Of a stretch of 64,000 bases of DNA, positions 25,068-36,800 are shown one piece after another. The first letter of the stretch is position 1. Every line of letters starts with the position of its first letter. The notes under the pieces were generated by a model. The model did not search any database and had not been told where the DNA came from. It was given only the letters and a program-made list of their open reading frames with translations. The DNA lies in NCBI RefSeq assembly GCF_023055435.1, contig NW_025964372.1:12772001-12836000 (forward strand). Reading direction: 5' to 3'. A program made the translations under genes and the position numbers. This stretch comes from Haliotis rufescens. Taxonomy: Eukaryota.

Positions 25068-25770
25068 AATACCAACATGAATAGGCATGCACCAACATGG
25101 ATAGGCATGTACTAACATGGATAGGCATGTACCAACACGTATAGGCATGCACCAACATGGATAGGCATGTACTAACATGGATAGGCCTATACCAACATGG
25201 ATAGGCATGTACCAACATGTATAGGCATGTACCAACATGGATAGGCCCATACCAACAGGGAAAGTCATGGTTCCATACGAATAGCCGTGTGCCATTAGTA
25301 ATAGCCATGGGCCAACAGAAATAGCCATGCACCACCAGGTTGGTTGGTTGGTTGTTTAACGCCGCACTCAGCAATATTCCAGCTATATGACGGCGGTCTG
25401 TAAAAAAGCGAGTCTGGACCAGACAATCCAGTGATTGATATCATGAGCATCGATCCAGGCAATTGGGGTCGATGACATGCATCAGCCAAGTCAGCGAGCC
25501 TGACCACCCGATCCTGTTCGTCGCCTCTTACGACATGCATTGCGCCACCAGGAATAGTTGTGCACCAACAGTCATAGTCTTATGCCAACTCGAATAGCCA
25601 TGGGCCAACAGCAGGATCCAAGTTTCATTAGGAATAGCCATGTACCATTAGGAATAGCCATGTACCAACAAAAAGAGTCATGTACCACAGGAATAGCTGT
25701 GCACCAACAGGAATACTCTTATGCCAACGTGAACAGCCGTATTCTAATTGGAATACTCATGCATCAAAAC
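25068..25770. repeat. 20-bp minisatellite (ataggcatgtaccaacatgg), decaying rightwards and interrupted by a retroposon
   Basis: Clean units at 25070-25260; degenerate gaatagccatgtaccaaca units on both sides of 25340-25540. Confidence 0.88.
25340..25540 (-). mobile_element. 5'-truncated family X retroposon with a 12-bp TSD
   Basis: Reverse complement atgcatgtcgtaagaggcgacgaacaggatcgggtggtcaggctcgctgac...gcggcgttaaacaaccaacc; flanks tgcaccaccagg (25328-25339) and tgcgccaccagg (25541-25552). Confidence 0.9.
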
Positions 25771-28762
25771 CCCATGTAGAATGATGTGACATTAAACAGA
25801 GGGGTATTTCCAACCAAACTGGTCTTCATCAGCTGGTAGTTAACTGTCGTGAGTCCAAGGCGTTGGAAATATCTTGGTGCACGGAGTGGAGCCTGAGCAA
25901 TGTGATTCACTGAGGTTTTATACAATATCCTGCCAACACTGATTATTGTAGCCCCTCAATCTTACCCTTGTATCCAAGAGTTCTTTTCGATTGAGGACAA
26001 AGTTTGAAGGTAGCTTACCAAGCGGCTTAAACACTCTCAATCCTCTCTTGTAACAGAGAAATGGTTTGGCATGAGTCTGTTCAAACATACGTAAAGTAGA
26101 AGGGCTCTCAGCACCAACAAGAGGACACAATCAGTGGGCAAACGAGGACTGGGAAGCCGCAGATGAGAATAGTGCGCGCTGACGACAATTGGGGAAAGCA
26201 GACGACACAAGAGCTGGGCTTGAGATCGTCCCTACTCGACAGCCATCTTTGCTGGATAATCGCGCCAAAATTCGATAAACGATCATAGAGGGTTATTAGA
26301 AAGAAACATTCCTCCGATGACCCCTATAACCTTGCGCAGTGATTACCGCGGAGGGATATGGTCGTTAAAGGATCGTGAAATGATCAATTTAATGTCGATA
26401 GCTTCCATGCGAGGTAACTCTAGCTCGCGTTTACATTGAACGGAGCCTTAGTTTTCAGCCTATGCCACGGTCTCTTGGAAGACGAGATGAAAAAGGTCTC
26501 TATGATTTGATGTAAAAAAATCTTTGTAATTTGTATTAACTGAACGAAAACCTTTCAGCCTCGCGACAAAACATGTCGTGTACTTCAAGACTTTCTGCAA
26601 ACACACCGAAATAAATTCGTATGTTTGAGAGTCTTTTTGCAAGAAGAAGTAATTACAGCTAATTCAAGTAAAATGTCTGGGACAGGAGTCGCTGGATGCT
26701 TGTTCTATTTGGACTTTGGGGGGCGCCAGACAACAAAATAGAGCCGATGTATCGGTATGTTCTGGCGTTTTCTTGATTAAAGTCCTTCCAACTGCGTCAT
26801 CATGGTGGGACTGCCTTGCCGTACAGATCCTGCCTGCATGTGGGGTAACTTCATGTACAAGACTCGGCTAATCCCATCAGCACCGTTCATATTACTGTCT
26901 TAACAAAAGATTATTTAAACCTGCTGATTTGGGGATTACATTTTCTTATACTTAACTGCTGGAGCTTACAGCTCATCATGATGTTTTCTCTCTGAAGGTT
27001 GAGGGATTCTCGCGGGACGGGTCTTGGTCTAATTTATTTAAGCTTATTACAGACACAACGTCTGGGTGTATATTTGAACAAAATTGTAAAAGTGCTTTAC
27101 TCAGGGATTTAAATAATAAGGTTGTCTCCGGTAAAGCACAAAGCGTTATAAGTTATCTTCCATTCTGCCGACGTCCTCAGTCCTCCCTGCCGTCCCCGGT
27201 AAATGTCGCTCATTATGCGTGCAGTGAAAATTAACGAGATACGGGCAGGGAAGAAGCTTTTATCCAGCCATTATTTGAAAATCCCACGTCTTAATGTCAC
27301 TAATTTATCGTCGTGCAACACGGTCAGGCCCCCAGTCACCGGAGACGGCTTGTGTGGTAGGTTTAGAAAGGTTATTGTAATTAAGTTCAGGTAACTTCAT
27401 AACCTTGTGCAATAACAGGGAAGTCGGACTAATCAGAATTTATTCAGAGCAATTTTGGTAGATCCTTAAGAGCTCTATAGTCCTTCAATACTAGGAATTT
27501 AGTCGGTAATATGCATCCTTTCTGATAGCTTCCTGATAATGGTCGTTGTACGTGGTGTTAAAGGTGCCCTCTGAACAAACAACAGATGTTAATAAAAGAC
27601 ATCTTGTACAGGCACCCTCATAGATCTAGAATCACCATGAGTCACATACCTCAATACGATAGAGTGGTGCGACTACATAATGCATATAGAGTCATTGGAC
27701 AGTCGCGCTGATCACACCGTCTGGACAATGTGAGCTTGCTTTCGGAGAATTTGTGTTTTTAGTTTAAGCTTGTCTGTTCCATTCCATGATTTACAAAAGG
27801 TATCAGCGCGGCTTCCTGTCACACCTACATATCATCTTGGACTCGTCCACTTCTCAGGAACCGATTTAAGACGGCGATTCCCTGGCACCCTGCACTCCAT
27901 CAAACGTGCCTTAGGTAAAGCTGTGATCAGGTTGTGCCCAGTGCAAATCATAGGTCATTACTTCCCGATAAACGGCAATAGCCATTGCTCCCTAGCTCTT
28001 GGCAGCTGTTGTACTGCCGTCAGCACGGGACTGTTCTGACGCTACCACCTCGTTTCTAACTCACCAGAAAATTGAAAATCCCGTCGATGTAGCGTTATGA
28101 ATAAGTTCGACACCACTGACTCTGAGGATCGGAAGAGAAGCTTGGAGCTAGATTGGGATTTGACAGAGCCTGATGGATGGTGATTGTCGGCAGTGTTGGT
28201 GTTCCCCTCGTGAGGTTACTCGCTGTGACTGGACGCTTGTCAGCGCCTGGGCACGCTCCATTACTTCGCAGTCGTCACAAGCAAAGTGGATAGCAACAAA
28301 TAATTGATATGTCTTTTGAAATCACCAACTGAGAATCGCCCGGAGAATAAGACATCTTTTCCAAATGCGTTTTTTTCCTTTGTAAAATGAAGTACGTTGT
28401 TAAGGGCGAGACAGACGCTTGTGTATATTTGCTGTTCATTGCCGTGATGGGCACTGCCATACCAGACGTCACTGACAAAGAGGCGGTTGAGGCAGCAGAG
28501 AAGTCGACGTGTGGAAAGAAACCGTTAACAAAGCGGATACAGGGTGACAGACGTGACTGCGCGGCAAAAGGCTTGGCCGAAAACTAAAGAGCCTTTACGC
28601 ATATTTCTACGCAGTCTACGTAAACTTTTGTGATAAATTGTCGTACGTCTCCCGAAGCACACCCTTGTCCATGCCTTAATGTATGTGAGAGTTGTCATGA
28701 CTGGTCTGTGTGAAAAGATGTTACAGGAAAGAATATTTGTAAAAGGTATCATATCCTTGTAT

Positions 28763-29245
28763 GAATGGTATCTCGCCCTTGTATAAATGGTGCCACGTGG
28801 GTGTATAAATGGTATCTCGCCCTTGTATAATGGTACCACGTGGGTGTATAAATGGTATCTTGCCTTTGTATAAATGGTGCCACGTGGGTGTATAAATGGT
28901 ATCTCGCCCTTGCATAATGGTACCACGTGGGTGTATAAATGGTATCTTGCCTTTGTATAAATGGTGCCACGTGGGTGTATAAATGGTATCTCGCCCTTGT
29001 ATAAATGGTGCCACGTGGGTGTATAAATGGTATCTCGCCCTTGTATAAATGGTGCCACGTGGGTGTATAAATGGTATCTCGCCCTTGTATAAATGGTGCC
29101 ACGTGGGTGTATAAATGGTATCTTGCCCTTGTATAAATGGTGCCACGTGGGTGTATAAATGGTATCTCGCCCTTGTATAAATGGTGCCACGTGGGTGTAT
29201 AAATGGTATCTCGCCCTTGTATAATGGTACCACGTCCTTGTATAA
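28763..29245. repeat. 44-bp minisatellite (2 x 22-bp subunits) carrying CACGTG and two TATAAAT per unit
   Basis: ggtatctcgcccttgtataaat + ggtgccacgtgggtgtataaat, about 11 copies. Confidence 0.96.
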
Positions 29246-29696
29246 AAGCAATTTTAGCAAATGATTGAACTACTGGCAAAAAGATACCAAGTGCTATCGT
29301 GGCCAGATTTGAACCGCCATCAGTACCGAATTGAGTTTTCCAAAATGGTTTTGTACTAGAATTAGAGTTATCTGCCCTTGTGGTGTGCATGAACATGGCA
29401 GGCTTGGTCTCCCTGGAAGTTTCTTGGTGGGGCAGTTTCTTGCGGCTGTACCTATAAAAGCGCGACGAGAGGGCGATTCGAGGTATTTTCTACTTGCCCA
29501 ATGTTGTTTGGACACCTACAAATTCCTGCCAACTTCCACCATTATTCTGGAGACCTGCCTCTTTCAAGACATTCATTCAACAGAAACATTGTTCTGACCA
29601 TGCGTGAGTGCACTGACATTAGTTAGAGGGCCAGATACTCACCGTGCTTTAATGCTGCTGCCACTTATTTGCCCCACTCTTTTTATTGTAATCCTA

Positions 29697-29997
29697 GACC
29701 GCCTCCGTGGTCAAGTGGTAGAGCGTCCGCCCGTAGAGGGGAAGGTCCGGGGTACTTGTTGTTACCCAGTCTGGCGTTCGGCATTAGGGGCTTAAACAAG
29801 GACTGGTCGGCTCGGAGTCACGATACTGTGTTTGAGTGGGGTATTCTTGTTAAACTGCGGCTTAATATCTCAGTGGGATAGCACTGTAAAATCGACATCA
29901 GTCCGGACTAGTACAAGCGGCCACACACTCACATGATTGCACGTCGCTATATAAGTACAATCTTGGACGCGACGTTAAACCCCATTTCACCTCACCA
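29697..29997 (+). mobile_element. tRNA-derived SINE (family W; Meta/MESC-domain-like body), B box deleted, with TSD
   Basis: A box gtggtcaagtggtagagcg; body ggtacttgttgttacccagtctggcgttcggcattagggg..gactggtcggctcggagtca; tail cgacgttaaaccccatttcacctcacc; TSD gtaatcctaga at 29688-29698 and 29998-30008; domain name is from recalled consensus. Confidence 0.85.
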
Positions 29998-31554
29998 GTA
30001 ATCCTAGAACGATGTATTTAAATACATTTGATTGAGTATTCATTGATCATGGGTTGTCTTTTACTGATCTCACACTTTGGGTCTGCACGGACCGACTTCT
30101 AAGGTTCACCTGTGCGTCTCAATCTGGACATCACCTCGTAACAGTGGTCATCTGGAAGCAGACAAACCGACACATATATTAAAAGAAAAAAATGTTAATA
30201 CCAACGTCTCGATTAACGAAACTACCTTGACGCTTCAGCCTGTTATAAGTCTATATCAATCATTTGGAGCTTTGATCGCTTTGTGAAAAGTGGCAAAAGA
30301 GATAACCCCAGTAATTAATAAACAGTTACTGAAACATTGAATATATGAGTATATATAGAAAATGTTGATATAATATATAACTATTTCATGCTGGCCAACA
30401 GAACACAGACTGTCACATTCTCACTCCCGGCACGCCAGCTAACCAGGATACACGCCCCCGAGACGGACGTCACAGAACACGCAGTGCAGTGCTTCGCTAA
30501 TGGGTCAATTGCTTGCTATTATTGGGAAAGATTTTACAACTCTCGATTCTCCCAGAAATGGGTGTTCTCAAATGTTTTCAAATTCCTCTCCAAATCCCAA
30601 GATCGATTCTATACTATGTGTTGCAATACCTGAAGGCAACGTGATAAAATTGCTGGATTTTTTAAATACATGTCAATCAAGTCCGCTATTGAGACAGGTT
30701 TCCCCAGTCCGAGTGGGAAGCTCCATGCTCGGCTGCAATCACCACGCATGTTTTTATATGCGATTGGGCCTACCTCGCCCCGGCTGAACCGCTTATAGTA
30801 TAAAAGAATGCTATAATTACGTAGTTTCGCCCCGAGGAGCCAAGCTGTCTTAAAAGGGTCAATTTCTGGGAAATGTCAAGAGGGAGTTGAATCTGCATGC
30901 CGAGCCCTGGTTGACTGGTCGTCAGAAGAATGAGAGATTCATTTCTTAGAGTACCCCATGCCGTGATAAGATTGTCGTTTTGAAACGTTCTACTAAACAA
31001 CATGAATCACTAACGTCTTGCTCGTGTACTTGTGATGAGCGAGTTAGTAACATGATGGTAGTAGCCTTGGTGGCGTGTATTCCTGCTCAGACCGCACGCC
31101 TAGTGCCGTCGGGGTACGATACCTCGCAGATGCTACCTGCCAGTGCCTTCTGAGCACACAATCCTACTCGCCTGGGCAGTGTAACTCAACACTTGTACAC
31201 ATGCACACTTTCTCATGTAATGATCGTTCGATAGTGGTAGCTCTTCCATCCTTTTAAGTATAGTTAGGTTGGTATATAAGGTCGCGCTCTCAACATCAAA
31301 GACCCATTCCCAAAATGATGGTCTATTTAGCCTGGGTATCCTATAGCGCAACTTCTCTGACGTCAGTTGGGACACTTGTAGGCGTGAGCTGGTGTGGGAG
31401 GCATCCTGTCAGGGGACCACCACGGACACAGAAAGTCTCAACTGGGGTTTCCCCCAGGGCTTAATAAGGTTTTTCCAATAATCGTCACTATTACCGGTGG
31501 AGAAAAAGACAAGCGAAGGCTAGGTCAGTGCAAGAACTGTTACAAAGACTTGAA

Positions 31555-31575
31555 AGGCATGTCATAGACATGTCC
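31555..31575. promoter_or_regulatory. Candidate p53/p63-family response element
   Basis: AGGCATGTCA-t-AGACATGTCC: two RRRCWWGYYY half-sites (9/10 and 10/10) with a 1-bp spacer; no functional evidence. Confidence 0.3.
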
Positions 31576-32964
31576 TGTAATGAAATTAGAGAATCTGCTT
31601 CTGCTTGATTTGTGTTACTGACACCATAGTAATTGCCGCGCGATCCTTTTGAGGTTTGAAATTGAATTAGCTACATTATGTTCACCTAAAAGCTGGCGGA
31701 AACTACCTCAAAGCTGAAATTTAGTGACACTGGATAAAACAACATTGAATTGCCCTTTCTGGGAACAGTTGACCAAACTAAGAGAAGGGGTTCTAAAGCG
31801 CATGGCTTTAGTTCATGAGATTCCGGATTTGTCTGCTTCTCTGTTTTGTTTCACTCCTGACCTGGTGCCGTCGGCCGTCAATTCCACTGACAGGCAACCA
31901 AAGATCAAAGACGTTCCCATAAATACCTGTCACTTTCGCAAGTAACAAAATAACTAATTTCAGGCATTTTTGGTTTACATACTATCAAGCTTCTTTCTGC
32001 TAAGCTAGATAAAAGACGCCTTGCAAGACCAGGAACATAGTCTGGAGACAATGAAGAGGTGTCCAGCTCAGCCAGTAAGAACGGATTAACCAGGAGACGG
32101 GCTTGTAGAACGTGTGGGTATTGTCTCCACAGTAAATGCTCCTCGGACATCGCGACATGAATCGCGTCACGTGGCCGGCTGATGCTATTAGACGTTGCTG
32201 TCTACATTTAATAGCAACTTTAATATCATAACCGTAAGTAACAGTTGCTAGTTTTATCCAGGCGGAAGTACCATATTCCCCAAGGCGAGTCTTTGTAAAA
32301 CATATCGCAATCTCAGTTACCAAAATGTGCTGGTTGAATGTTAAGTGTAGCCCGTAGGTGTGGATACTCACAAATGAAGTGAAACAGTTACTGTAAAGTG
32401 CGACTCCTCGTGCGTTAACATGTGTTGGATGTAACCTGTATTGCTAGTCAAGTGGAAGCAGATCCAATGTTAACCATGTTAACTGTGACAGCTCCATGAC
32501 AGGATACAATTACTCGTCACTCATGTCACCTTCAAAACGCTAACAAACATACGTTGCTTGTTGAAACTAAGTTAAATACACTTTCTTACGTTATTTACAC
32601 ATGGATGGGCTTGGTTGGTATTATAGTGTGTGTGAGGGTGGGTGGCGGGGGGGGTGGGGGGGGTTAAGTCCTCTAGGGGCAATAATTCACGGCATGTCAC
32701 ATTATCAATGAGGGGCGAAGGTCTCAGACGCTACCTGTAGGTGAGGACACGGTTGTAGTTCTGATAGATCGATGGTTAAAATTGTGCAACTATGCATTTT
32801 GACGGGGTATTGTGTATGTTTATGCAGGTTACTATAGATATTGTGGCATGGAGGATGTTGTTGGATACGAGTCAAAACAGTCCCACGTCAAACTGGCCAT
32901 GGGAGGCGAGTCCTACACGCACAATGTGGCCTTGGCCCTCTCCTCTTTCCTAGGCACGCACGCG

Positions 32965-32967
<3 letters not shown>

Positions 32968-33021
<54 letters not shown>
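32968..33021. repeat. (AC)n microsatellite
   Basis: About 27 perfect dinucleotide units. Confidence 0.98.
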
Positions 33022-33023
<2 letters not shown>

Positions 33024-33709
33024 TGTGGACAGTTGCCCTTGTCCCTATCTGCCCGTATGACTGATAGAGAGTCGCCGAGGTACGCGCCACCGACATTCAC
33101 AGCACTGTTGCGCCGTAATGCAATATTAACACACTCCATTACCAGGGTTTAGTTTTATGAAATTAAATTATTAACGATGTCTCATTGCAATGTGTAAGAC
33201 ATTACTTCTGTCTGCCTCTAACAGCATATGCATGCGTATCCCCATGAGAGGAATGAAAGACAAAATCGGGCCCTAATACCTACATGTACTAATGACATGC
33301 TATCACAGCTAGGCCAGACTTAGGAGAAGCCAATACTTGCAGTTAGCGGAGAATAATTACCTTGGCGGGGTGTCCTCGATGACGGCTGGATATGGATAGT
33401 TGTTTTGATGAGTGACCACCATGGGAGATAGACATTCACAGTGAATTGACTGAGATTGACGCGGACCATGGACCGTCACCTACACTTGAGAGCAAACGTA
33501 CATTGTTTTGTTACCTGTCAAAGAAATACTGACGTCAAGAAATAAGGAGACGGACTTGTGTCACATGACACGCCGTGTGAGCATGAATCCTACAAACAAA
33601 TCCCTCATCTGACACGCGTGATGTACATGTAGGTCTCATTGTGTTCATGGGAAACATTATTATGTAACTAAATGGTATCTGCTGCTGTTCCGGTGTGTTC
33701 CGGTGGGTT

Positions 33710-33825
33710 GTGGAAGTTTCGATTCTCGAATGGGTACAAAGTGTGAAACCCATTTCTGTTGTCCCCCGTCATTATGTTATTTGATAGTGGTAAAAGCTGA
33801 GATAAACCATACACGTTCATTCATC
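33710..33825 (+). mobile_element. Degenerate family Y SINE (B box to tail)
   Basis: tttcgattctcgaatgggtacaaagtgtgaaacccatttctgttgtcccccgtc...taaaagc..taaaccatac. Confidence 0.75.
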
Positions 33826-36800
33826 GTACTGTGTAGCCCTCATTGTACTCACTCACTCAGCCTGTGTGGCCCTCATTGTACTCACTCACTCAGCCTGTGT
33901 GGCCCTCATTGTACTCACTCACACAGTCTGTGTGGCCCTCATTGTACTCACTCACTTAGCCTGTGTGGTCCTCATTGTACTCACTCACTCAGCCTGTGTG
34001 GTCCTCATTGTACTCACTCACTCAGCCTCTGTAGCCCTCATTGAACTCACTCACTCAGACTATGTGGCCCCTCATTGTACTCACTCAGCCTGTGTGGTTC
34101 TCATTGTACTCACTCACTCAGCCTGTGTGGCCCTCATTGTACTCACACACTCAGCCTGTGTGGTCCTCATTGTACTCACTCACTCAGACTGTGTGGCCCC
34201 TCATTGAACTCACTTAGCCTGTGTAGCCCTCATTGTACTCACTCAGACAATCTGTGTGGCCCTCATTGAAGTCACTCAGCCTATGTGGCCCCTCATTGTA
34301 CTCACTCAGCCTGTGTAGCCCTCATTGTACTCACTCACTCAGCCTGTGTAGCCCTCATTGTACTCACTCAGCCTATGTGGCTCCTCAATGCACTCACTCA
34401 CTCAGCCTGTGTAGCCCTCAATGTACTCACTCACTCAGCCTGTGTAGCCCTCAATGCACTCACTCACTCAGCCTGTGTAGCCCTCATTGTACTCACTCAC
34501 TCAGCCTGTGTAGCCCTCATTGTACTCACTCACTCAGCCTGTGTAGCCCTCATTGAACTCACTCACTCAGCCTGTGTAGCCCCTCATTGTACTCACTCAC
34601 TCAGCCTGTGTAGCCCTCATTGTACTCACTCAGACAATCTGTGTGGCCCTCATTGAAGTCACTCAGCCTATGTGGCCCCTCATTGTACTCACTCAGCCTG
34701 TGTAGCCCTCATTGTACTCACTCACTCAGCCTGTGTAGCCCTCAATGCACTCACTCACTCAGCCTGTGTAGCCCTCAATGTACTCACTCACTCAGCCTGT
34801 GTAGCCCTCATTGTACTCACTCACTCAGCCTGTGTAGCCCCTCATTGTACTCACTCACTCAGCCTGTGTAGCCCTCATTGTACTCACTCAGACAATCTGT
34901 GTGGCCCTCATTGAAGTCACTCAGCCTATGTGGCCCCTCATTGTACTCACTCAGCCTGAGTAGCCCCTCATTGTACTCACTCACTCAGCCTGTGTGGCCC
35001 TTCATTGTACTCACTCACTCAGCCTGTGTGGCCCTCATTGTACTCCCTCTGACAGCCTATGTAGCCCCTCATTGTACTCAACCACGCAGCCCATGTGGCC
35101 CCTCATTGTACTCACTCACTCAGCCTGTGTGGCCCCTCATTGTGCTCACTCACTCAGCCTGTGTGGCCCCTCATTGTACTCACTCACTCAGCCTGTGTGG
35201 CCCCTCATTGTACTCACTCACTCAGCCTGTGTGGCCCCTCATTGTGCTCACTCACTCAGCCTGTGTTGCACCTCATTGTACTCACTCACTCAGCCTGTGT
35301 GGCCCCTCATTGTACCCACTCATTCAGCTTGTGTGGCCCCTCATTATACTCCACCACGCAAGCCATGTGGCCCATCATTGTACTCACCCACTCAGCCTGT
35401 ATAGCCCCTCATTGTACTCCCTCTGACAGCCTGTGTGGCCCCTCATTGTACTCCACCACGCAAGCCAGTGTGGCCCCTCATTGTACTCACTCACTCAGCC
35501 CGTGTGGCGCATCACTGTACTCACTAAGCCTGTATAGCCCCTCATTGTACTCACTCTGTGTGGCTCTAATTGTACACACTCACGCAGCCAGTGTGGCCCC
35601 TCATTGTAATCACTCACTCAGCCAGTGTGGCCCCTCATTGTACTCACTCACGCAGCCAGTGTCGCCCCTCATTGTAATCACTCACTCAGCCAGTTTGGCC
35701 CCTCATTATACTCACTCACTCAGCCTGTGTGGCCCCACACTGCACTCCCCCTGTGTGGCTCTCATTGTAATCACTCACGCAGCCCGTGTGGCCCCTCATT
35801 GTACTCACTTAGTGTGGCCCCTCATGGTACTCACTCACGCAGCCAGTGTGGCCCCTCATTGTACTCACTCACTCAGACTGTGTGGCGCCTCACTGTACTC
35901 TCTCAGCCTGTGTGGTGCCTCATTGTACTCACCAACGCAGCCCGTGTGGCCCCTCATTGTACTCACTCATGTAGCCTGTGTGGCCCCTCATTGCACTGCC
36001 TCTGACAGCCTGTGTGGCCCCTCATTGTACTCCACCACGCAAGCCATGTGGCCCATCATTGTACTCACTCACTCAGCCTGTATGGCCCCTCATTGTACTC
36101 ACTCACTCAGCCTGTATGGCCCCTCATTGTACTCACTCACTCAGCCTGTGTGGCCCCTCATTGTACTCACTTACTTAGCCTGTGTTGCCCCTCATTGTAC
36201 TCCCTCTGACAGCCTATGTGGCCCCTCATTGTACTCAACCACGCAGCCCATGTGGCCCCTCATTGTACTCACTCACTCAGCCTGTGTGGCCCCTCATTGT
36301 ACTCACTCATTCAGCTTGTGTGGCCCCTCATTGTATTCACTCAGTCAGCCTATGGGGCCCCTCATTGTACCCACTCACTCAGCCTGTTTGGCCCCTCATT
36401 GTACTCCCTCTGACAGCCTTTGTGGCCCCTCATTGTACTCCACCACGCAAGCCATGTGGCCCATCATTGTACTCACTATCTCAGCCTGTATGGCCCCTCA
36501 TTGTACTCACTAACTCAGCCTGTGTGGCCCCTCATTGTACTCACCCAAGCAGCTCGTGTGGCTCCTTATTTTACTCACTCATGCAGCCAGTGTGGCCCCT
36601 CATTGTACTCACTCACTCAGCCTGTGTGGCCCCTCATTGTACTCACCCACGCAGCCCGTGTGACTCCTCATTGTACTCACTCATGCAGCCAGTGTGGCCC
36701 GCCACATTGCACTGCCTCTGACAGCATGTGTGGCCCCTCATTGTACTCACTCACTCAGCCCGTGTGGCCCCTCATTGTATTCCCTCTGACAGCCTGTCTG

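Noticed and set aside
25045-25075. CTGATGA-cacacacatc-GAAA hammerhead-like core
   Set aside because: Stem II cannot pair and no flanking helices form
26175-26235. CTGACGA-caattggg-GAAA hammerhead-like core
   Set aside because: No stem I complement after a valid UH site
26000-33000. Short 60-120 aa ORFs in non-repetitive sequence as host exons
   Set aside because: No recognisable domains and lengths expected by chance; small exons cannot be excluded without RNA-seq
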